Source: Methylophaga frappieri (lineage in GTDB: Bacteria; Pseudomonadota; Gammaproteobacteria; Nitrosococcales; Methylophagaceae). From it: a DNA stretch of 32,000 nucleotides. Positions 26,299-32,000 of this stretch are shown here, one piece after another (within the stretch, counting starts at the first letter, position 1; each line of letters begins with the position of its first letter). A program made the position numbers and the translations under genes. The notes below the pieces were generated by a model. It was not told where the DNA came from. It did no database searches and worked only from the letters and a program-made list of their open reading frames with translations. Where the stretch lies: contig NC_017856.1 of the NCBI RefSeq assembly GCF_000260965.1, positions 2,100,001-2,132,000 on the forward strand. Direction: 5' to 3'.

Positions 26299-27273
26299 TT
26301 AAAGGGGTGCGTTTAGTGGAATAACGATCATAATTTCGGTGCCGTTATTTGGTTCGGATTTTAGGGCAAACTCTCCACCCAAAGCGTTAACACGTTCCCG
26401 AATGCCGATTAACCCCATTCCTTTACCAATTAAATTATTCGCTTCAAACCCTTGGCCGTTATCAGATAACCGCATACATACAGTCGGGGTGCCACCCTGT
26501 TGATCCATGTTCATTGTTAGGTCGATGTATGTGGCATTAGCATGGCGACTGATATTTACGAGGCCTTCCTGTAAGCAACGATATAAAGTCAGTGAAGTGT
26601 CGTAATCAATCGACTCGTCATCTAAATCCAAAGCGTGCTTTAGCTGTAAATTAGGGAATGAGGATAGCCATTGACTGATGAGGTCCTCAATCGACGCCGT
26701 TAAACCGACTTTATCTAGACCTGGTGGTTTAATGCTTCGTAATTTTGAACGCGTGACGTTACGTAGGTAGTCGGCACTTTCTTGAATCGTTGTAAGGGTT
26801 TTGAATAGCGGGCTTTCCTTTGCCGTTTTTTGCAAGCCAACAGAAGCATTTACATCAATTGCAGCAAGGTATTGCCCGAAAACATCATGTAATTCTCCGG
26901 CAAGTTGATTCCGCTCTGATTCACGAAGCAGCGTAATATGTTTAATCAACGCACGATTTTGTTGAAGCAGTTCGCTGGCTTCCTGATGTTTTTTCTCAAG
27001 AGAGTGTTGAATCTGCATTTTCTGATCAAGCACTTTTTGGATTTCAGCAAATCGTCGTTTGCCAAACCACATCAAGCCAATACAACTGACCAAAAGAACA
27101 AAGAGAATTTCATCTAGTTGGAAATGCTCACCTAGCGCTGCCCAATTTATCCAGCGCTCAGCAAGATCAAAGCTCCCAGCCAATATCCATGTCACTGCCG
27201 AAGCAAGAGTGATCAAGCTTAAGTCTAACCAAGCACGTTTTTTACTGCTTCGAGTAAGCGAAACTATATCCAC
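26299..27273 (-). CDS. Sensor histidine kinase, HisKA_3/NarX class, without an extracytoplasmic sensor domain
   Basis: Two TM helices joined by a loop of about 20 aa, a coiled coil, H-box LAGELHDVFGQYLAAI, and the HATPase N, G1 and G2 boxes (LQEGLVNISRHANA, LSDNGQGF, GMGLIGIRERV). The apparent start is GTG at 27273. Confidence 0.85.
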   Translation of the reverse strand: MDIVSLTRSSKKRAWLDLSLITLASAVTWILAGSFDLAERWINWAALGEHFQLDEILFVLLVSCIGLMWFGKRRFAEIQKVLDQKMQIQHSLEKKHQEASELLQQNRALIKHITLLRESERNQLAGELHDVFGQYLAAIDVNASVGLQKTAKESPLFKTLTTIQESADYLRNVTRSKLRSIKPPGLDKVGLTASIEDLISQWLSSFPNLQLKHALDLDDESIDYDTSLTLYRCLQEGLVNISRHANATYIDLTMNMDQQGGTPTVCMRLSDNGQGFEANNLIGKGMGLIGIRERVNALGGEFALKSEPNNGTEIMIVIPLNAPL

Positions 27274-27500
27274 TTAAAATCCCAGCGTAATGAAAATGAA
27301 TTTTCCTAATTATAGGTAGTCATATTTAGTCACAACAGCATTATTTAAAGCATGTTTGGATGAAAATGAAAAAACAGGAATTTTTCACATTTAATCTTGT
27401 GGTTAAATCCTTGGTCTTGCGTCGGATAATGCTCTATCACCCGGCGTGTCAAATCGCTTTAATGAATCCCTTTTACTTTATCTAACCGCGAGGTTTGCCT

Positions 27501-27818
27501 ATGTTTTCTAAGATAGCCGCATTGTTTTTTGCATCAATTTTGTCATTTTCAGTAATGGCCGAAGAAGATCTTATTTTGCCTGTTGATGAGTTTGTTTTTA
27601 TCAAAGCAATCTCAGGTCAAAATAAATCCTACGTTGAAGAACAACTGGGGAAACCTTTTTCAAAAGAGAAAAGAGAAAATCAAGGCGGGGAGGTTGAGTT
27701 TTGGGTTTATAAGAATATTGTAAAAATTGCGGGAACAGAAAAAGTTTATAAATTTACTCAGGTTGGGATAGTGAATGACGCCGTGGAAACGGTTGGCAAC
27801 TCTAATCTTCAACCATAA
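27501..27818 (+). CDS. Small secreted protein, function unknown
   Basis: Signal peptide MFSKIAALFFASILSFSVMA|EE, about 105 aa. GAGG lies about 8 nt upstream of ATG 27501 (the track uses TTG 27495). First gene of a three-gene plus-strand unit. Confidence 0.55.
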   Translation: MFSKIAALFFASILSFSVMAEEDLILPVDEFVFIKAISGQNKSYVEEQLGKPFSKEKRENQGGEVEFWVYKNIVKIAGTEKVYKFTQVGIVNDAVETVGNSNLQP

Positions 27819-27827
27819 TAATCAAAG

Positions 27828-28361
27828 ATGGAAACGTATCGCATGAATAAAATTAAATTAATGGTCTTGTTTTTTGCTTTGTGGATGACTGGTCAGGCTT
27901 ACGCTCATGGTCCTACGCCGCAAAAAGTTGATGAATCAATCACGATTGCAGCATCTGCAGACGAAGTATGGGAAGTAATTGGTGAGTTTGGTCAAATTGG
28001 TGAGTGGCATCCACATGTCGAAGCTGTTGAAAATACGGATGAAACTACCCGGGTTATTACCTTGGCCAGCGGTGAAAAATTTACGGAAAGTCTCGATGAC
28101 CGTAATGCTGATGAATATCTGATCAGTTATCGTTTGCTTGAAGAAAACTTCGATGCTATCCCGGTAAGCTTTTTTACAATTTCAATTCAAGCTGAATCTT
28201 CAGCAAAAAATGAAACAACGGTTAGCTGGAGTGGGCGTTTTTACCGTGCAGATACCGGTAATTTTCCACCAGAAAACCTGAACGATGCGGCTGCAGTTAA
28301 AGCCATGACTGAATACGCCCAAGCAGGTTTACAAGGAATCAAAGATGCCGTTGAAAAGTAA
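27828..28361 (+). CDS. Periplasmic SRPBCC (polyketide-cyclase-like) protein, MxaD-like
   Basis: Signal peptide ...ALWMTGQAYA|HGPTPQKV, then the START/SRPBCC-like pattern (ITIAASADEVWEVIGEFGQIGEWHP...). The precursor size (172-177 aa) matches the 17-kDa periplasmic MxaD of Methylobacterium. Alternative start at ATG 27843. Confidence 0.6.
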   Translation: METYRMNKIKLMVLFFALWMTGQAYAHGPTPQKVDESITIAASADEVWEVIGEFGQIGEWHPHVEAVENTDETTRVITLASGEKFTESLDDRNADEYLISYRLLEENFDAIPVSFFTISIQAESSAKNETTVSWSGRFYRADTGNFPPENLNDAAAVKAMTEYAQAGLQGIKDAVEK

Positions 28362-29298
28362 CTTACTAAAGTTGCTGGCGGTAACTGGTCTGGCGGCGCT
28401 GCCGCTGGCCAGTTGGTCTGGATCTGTCTACGTTGTTAGTCAGGCGGCGTCAGCACTAACCGTTTTGGATAGCGAATCACTGGCTCAGACGAAACAGGTC
28501 GACTTACCTGAAGGGCCATTTGGACTGGTTCACGACCCAAAAACAGACTACTTATATGTTTCTCATCCCGAAGCAGGCGAAATTAGCGTAATTGACCGAG
28601 TCAGCCTCGAAACGGTAGCAACCGTCGTGACTGGCGGACAACCATTTGAAATGGTGTTGGATAGCGAGAAACCACAGCTGTTTGCCAGTGATTGGACTCG
28701 AGGTGCGGTATTGGTCGTGAATACCGATACGGCCAAAATCACTGATATTTTAGCAGTAGGCGATAGTCCAACAGGAATTGCAATTGATATCGATGGGCGC
28801 CAACTCTTTGTAGCGAATAAAGGTGATAACACTTTAACCGTATTGGATGCGGATAGACCTCGCGTCAATGCGATTGTCGAGACGGGAAAACGTCCCTATG
28901 CCGTCGCTTTTAATGCCGCAATGTCACAAATTTACGTGACATCTATCGAAGATAATACCGTGAGTGTGATTGATGCAAAAAGCTATAAGGTGCTCAATAC
29001 CGTTGATACGGGACGCGCACCTTATGATGTAACGGTCAATGCGGATGGCTCTGTCTTTTATGTTGTGGATCAAAACGACAATGCCGTTCGGCAGTTTGAC
29101 GCAAAGACGTTAGAAGTTGTTAATGAAACAGCCGTTGGTAAAATGCCAGAAACGTTACAGCTTGGTCCATCAGGCGAGAAAGCATATGTGACCAATTGGT
29201 TTGACAACAGTCTCTCTGTGGCCGATGTTGAAAAAGGTGCTCAGATTCGCTCTGTAGACGTTCCTGAAGGGCCTCGCAATATGCTCTTAATCAAGTAA
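28345..29298 (+). CDS. Periplasmic YVTN-family seven-bladed beta-propeller protein
   Basis: Signal peptide, then about seven repeats of 40-43 aa of the type G..P.G...D..G..LYV.N...NT..VID. The start overlaps the preceding stop by 17 nt. Confidence 0.8.
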   Translation: MPLKSNLLKLLAVTGLAALPLASWSGSVYVVSQAASALTVLDSESLAQTKQVDLPEGPFGLVHDPKTDYLYVSHPEAGEISVIDRVSLETVATVVTGGQPFEMVLDSEKPQLFASDWTRGAVLVVNTDTAKITDILAVGDSPTGIAIDIDGRQLFVANKGDNTLTVLDADRPRVNAIVETGKRPYAVAFNAAMSQIYVTSIEDNTVSVIDAKSYKVLNTVDTGRAPYDVTVNADGSVFYVVDQNDNAVRQFDAKTLEVVNETAVGKMPETLQLGPSGEKAYVTNWFDNSLSVADVEKGAQIRSVDVPEGPRNMLLIK

Positions 29299-29316
29299 GA
29301 CGCGAGTTAAACGTTG

Positions 29317-29790
29317 CTAATCAAATTTCATGGCGCCGGCAAAATCTAGCTGGCGCCATGCTTCATATAAAATAACAGCGGTTGCATTCGACAAGTTCAG
29401 GCTTCGACTATCTGCCCGCATCGGAATACGAATTTTCTGTTTGTCAGCAAGTGAGTCCAGTACCTGACTGGGCAGTCCACGTGATTCCGGACCAAATAAT
29501 AAAATATCCTCATCTGTAAACTTGGCTTGATGGTGGTGCTGTCTGGCTTTCGTCGTGCAGGCAAAGATGCGACGCTTTGCACACCACGCTAAAAATATCG
29601 AATAGTCGGCATGTACTGTGACATTAGCCAGATCATGGTAATCCAACCCGGCACGTCGTACCTGTTTGCTATCCAGCGTAAATCCTAACGGTTCAATCAA
29701 ATGTAGCTGTGCGCCTGCGTTGGCACACAAGCGGATGATATTGCCAGTATTCGGTGGGATTTCTGGCTCATACAGCGCGACATGTAGCAC
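29317..29790 (-). CDS. trmL: tRNA (cytidine/uridine-34 2'-O)-methyltransferase, SpoU/TrmH knot family
   Basis: 157 aa. N-terminus [38 protein letters not shown]-terminus [18 protein letters not shown]. Begins 1 nt after the mltD stop. Confidence 0.88.
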   Translation of the reverse strand: MLHVALYEPEIPPNTGNIIRLCANAGAQLHLIEPLGFTLDSKQVRRAGLDYHDLANVTVHADYSIFLAWCAKRRIFACTTKARQHHHQAKFTDEDILLFGPESRGLPSQVLDSLADKQKIRIPMRADSRSLNLSNATAVILYEAWRQLDFAGAMKFD

Positions 29791-29791
29791 G

Positions 29792-31357
29792 TTAGCTATC
29801 GATATAGAGGGTTAATTTCTGGCCGGGTTGAAGCAGGCTGAATTCGCTGAGATTATTCCAGACCTTGACATCCGCCACCGATACATTGAACTGGCGAGAA
29901 ATCTTCCAAAGGGAATCGCCATTACGAATGGTGTAATTGACGGTTTGTTTATGACTTTTTTGCATTGGTTGCCAGACGATGATGGCTTGACCAACATGCA
30001 GCATATCTTGAGCAGACTTGTTATTCCAACTGACAAGATCGCCAACATCCACATTATATTTACGTGCGATATGCCACCAGCTATCGCCCGGTTTTACCGT
30101 GTATTGGCTACGTTTTTGCTTGCTAGGTTGCGAAACAGTGGGTGCTGATTGCCCAGCGGCAGGGATAATGAGCTCTGCACCAGTTTTGATGAGGTTGCTG
30201 GAGAGTTGGTTTGCGGTTTTGATAGCATTGACAGTCGTTTGATGTTCACTGGCAATTTTCCCCAAAGAGTCGCCTCGACGAACGGTATGTCGTCGCCAAC
30301 TTAACCGTTTATTTTCTGGCAAGCGCGCTAATGCGGATTTGAAAGCGGATGCTTTGCTGATCGGCAGGACAAGCTGATGTGGTCCGTCAGGTGCGGTTGC
30401 CCATCGGCTATAGCCTGGGTTGAGTTGATATAGCTGATCTTTATCCATGCCAGCAAGATCAGCAGCAACGGCCATATCCAGTTGACTGCCTGTTTCGACA
30501 ACGGATAAAAACGGGACGTTTTGCACTGGACTGAGTGCAATATCGTATTGTGCTGGTCGTTTGATCAGGTGTGCGACAGCCAATAATTTTGGAATGTAGC
30601 CGGTTGTTTCTACCGGTAAATCCAAAGACCAGAAATCGGTATCAAGCCCTAATTCCTGATTACGTTTGATAGCGCGACCAACCGTACCTTCCCCTGCATT
30701 GTAGGCGGCGATGGCTAACTGCCAGTCACCAAAGTAGCCGTGTAGTTTTTGTAAATAATCCAGCGCCGCATCGGTGGAACGAATGACGTCTCTGCGACCG
30801 TCATACCACCAGGTTTGCTCCAGTCCAAACACTTTTCCGGTACCTGGGATAAATTGCCAGATACCAGCTGCGCCACTGGATGAAACAGCAAAAGGTTGAT
30901 AACCACTCTCGATGATGGGCAGTAAGGCGATTTCCATCGGCATGTCGCGCTTATCCAGTTCATCAACGATATAAAATAGGTATGGTCGAGCGCGTTCGAC
31001 TACGCGGTTGACATAATCTGGGTGTTTAACAAACCAAGACAATCGGGTTTGTGTTTCGGGATGTAAGCTACGATAGTCATCAATGGCATAGCCGGCACGA
31101 ATACGCTGCCAGACATCGGTCATAGGCTGGTCGTTTTCCTCAGCAAGCAGCTGCAGATCGAATTCATCTGGTTCAAGCGTCACCATATGATTTCGCTGCC
31201 AGTGAGGCGGTCGTTGTTGGACGGCGGCAAGGACTGGCTGGCTATTTACCGTATTTTCAGTGCGCATTTCGGGTTGCTTTTGTGTGGTACTACAACCGGA
31301 GATAAGCACTAACAACACAGTAACGCCAAGCCTCAACAGGCTATTAACGTTTAACAT
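29792..31357 (-). CDS. mltD: Membrane-bound lytic murein transglycosylase D with three LysM domains
   Basis: Lipobox LISGCS. SLT catalytic region [11 protein letters not shown]...[14 protein letters not shown]...AYNAGEG. Three LysM repeats ([45 protein letters not shown]). Confidence 0.88.
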   Translation of the reverse strand: MLNVNSLLRLGVTVLLVLISGCSTTQKQPEMRTENTVNSQPVLAAVQQRPPHWQRNHMVTLEPDEFDLQLLAEENDQPMTDVWQRIRAGYAIDDYRSLHPETQTRLSWFVKHPDYVNRVVERARPYLFYIVDELDKRDMPMEIALLPIIESGYQPFAVSSSGAAGIWQFIPGTGKVFGLEQTWWYDGRRDVIRSTDAALDYLQKLHGYFGDWQLAIAAYNAGEGTVGRAIKRNQELGLDTDFWSLDLPVETTGYIPKLLAVAHLIKRPAQYDIALSPVQNVPFLSVVETGSQLDMAVAADLAGMDKDQLYQLNPGYSRWATAPDGPHQLVLPISKASAFKSALARLPENKRLSWRRHTVRRGDSLGKIASEHQTTVNAIKTANQLSSNLIKTGAELIIPAAGQSAPTVSQPSKQKRSQYTVKPGDSWWHIARKYNVDVGDLVSWNNKSAQDMLHVGQAIIVWQPMQKSHKQTVNYTIRNGDSLWKISRQFNVSVADVKVWNNLSEFSLLQPGQKLTLYIDS

Positions 31358-31583
31358 GACGCTTCATCTAGTTTGTCTAAGCAATTAATTGCACACATTT
31401 TATACGCCATTCGTCGTCAAGGTGCCAGCAGGAATTTTTCCGGCAATCGCTAATCTCGCTTGTGCTCGGCTTTAAATCAGAATTGGTTTGATGAGATAAG
31501 CCTTGGTTAACGCATCCAGATTGCGCGGATTTGTTCACTTAAGCAGACCAAGTCACGCTCAGGTAAACTATGTCATTAGCAAG

Positions 31584-32000
31584 ATGACAGGCAGGAAAAA
31601 AGTGATCGCAGGGCAACTTGAAAAAATGCAGGCGGATCTGTCTGAACACGGCGAGGTGCATTACACATTACGGTTAGGCGATCAGGGTGTGGCAATGAAC
31701 GAGTTACTGGGCCAGCAATTACACTTTACCTATGCAGGTCAGATTTTTTGCCAGTGTTGTCAGGTCAAAATCAAGAAAAGTTACAGTGGTGGATTTTGCT
31801 TTCCGTGCTCGCAGCGTCTGGCGCAGTGTGATTTGTGTTTTATGAAACCGGAAACCTGCCATTTTTCACAAGGTACCTGTCGTGAACCTGAGTGGGGCTT
31901 GTCAGTATGTATGCAGGAGCATATCGTTTACTTGGCGAATAGTTCGGGTCTTAAAGTGGGCATCACCAGGCAGACACAAGTGCCTACACGCTGGTTAGAT
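31584..32000 (+). CDS. DUF2797-like Cys-rich protein, partial (continues beyond window end)
   Basis: Absent from the ORF track because it is open at the window edge. My translation from ATG 31584 reads MTGRKKVIAGQLEKMQADLSEHGEVHYTLRLGDQ...FCQCCQVKIKKSYSGGFCFPCSQRLAQCDLCFMKPETCHFSQGTCREPEWG...VYLANSSGLKVGITR. The pattern of Cys pairs and the GITR motif match my recollection of the DUF2797 family. Confidence 0.55.
   Translation, partial: MTGRKKVIAGQLEKMQADLSEHGEVHYTLRLGDQGVAMNELLGQQLHFTYAGQIFCQCCQVKIKKSYSGGFCFPCSQRLAQCDLCFMKPETCHFSQGTCREPEWGLSVCMQEHIVYLANSSGLKVGITRQTQVPTRWLD

Noticed and set aside
27360-27485. 41-codon small ORF (MKMKKQEFFTFNLVVKSLVLRRIMLYHPACQIALMNPFYFI) in the kinase/secreted-protein intergenic region; also checked as a pqqA-like peptide
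   Set aside because: It has no convincing RBS, no E-x-x-x-Y PqqA motif and an AT-rich context. It is most likely non-coding.
1-32000. Search by eye for CRISPR arrays, long tandem or interspersed repeats, toxin-antitoxin pairs, retron/DGR-like elements, and other ncRNAs (tmRNA, RNase P, 4.5S, 6S)
   Set aside because: I found no spaced direct-repeat array, reverse transcriptase, nuclease/helicase gene or conserved ncRNA signature. The only repeats are the short hairpins and the 11-bp repeat listed above. A covariance-model scan would be needed to exclude small ncRNAs.

Overview
This is a chromosomal window from a gammaproteobacterial methylotroph. Gene order and protein sequences look Methylophaga/Thiotrichales-like, but that is inference only. 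It falls into four parts.

(1) 1-9351 is a conserved housekeeping block. hemA (partial, minus strand) is divergent from TPR lipoprotein-lolB-ispE-tRNA-Gln-prs-rplY-pth-ychF, followed by outer-membrane phospholipase pldA and tRNA-Met.

(2) 9352-14728 is an accessory-looking block after tRNA-Met. It holds about 500 bp of AT-rich non-coding DNA, a GAPDH/ArsJ-type arsenate-resistance operon (arsR, an HCX5R phosphatase-fold gene, gapdh, arsJ), ynfA, an MscS-family channel and mscL.

(3) 14734-29298 is the methanol-oxidation locus.
- The complete Ca-type methanol dehydrogenase cluster mxaFJGI-RSACKL lies on the minus strand.
- Three tightly coupled unknown genes (secreted protein, lipoprotein, small HExxH protein) follow it.
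- A sensor-domain-less HisKA_3 kinase plus LuxR-type response regulator precede it.
- A divergent small operon encodes a secreted protein, an MxaD-like SRPBCC protein and a YVTN beta-propeller.

(4) 29317-32000 holds trmL, mltD and a partial DUF2797-like gene.

I saw no CRISPR array, transposase, integrase, toxin-antitoxin pair or recognisable defence gene. Most of the window is explained by known biology. The best candidates for undescribed function are:
- the phosphatase-fold gene embedded in the GAPDH/ArsJ operon;
- the orphan three-gene module fused to the 3' end of the mxa cluster;
- the relocated MxaD-like/beta-propeller operon.

All family assignments come from reading motifs by eye. 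No database search was run.
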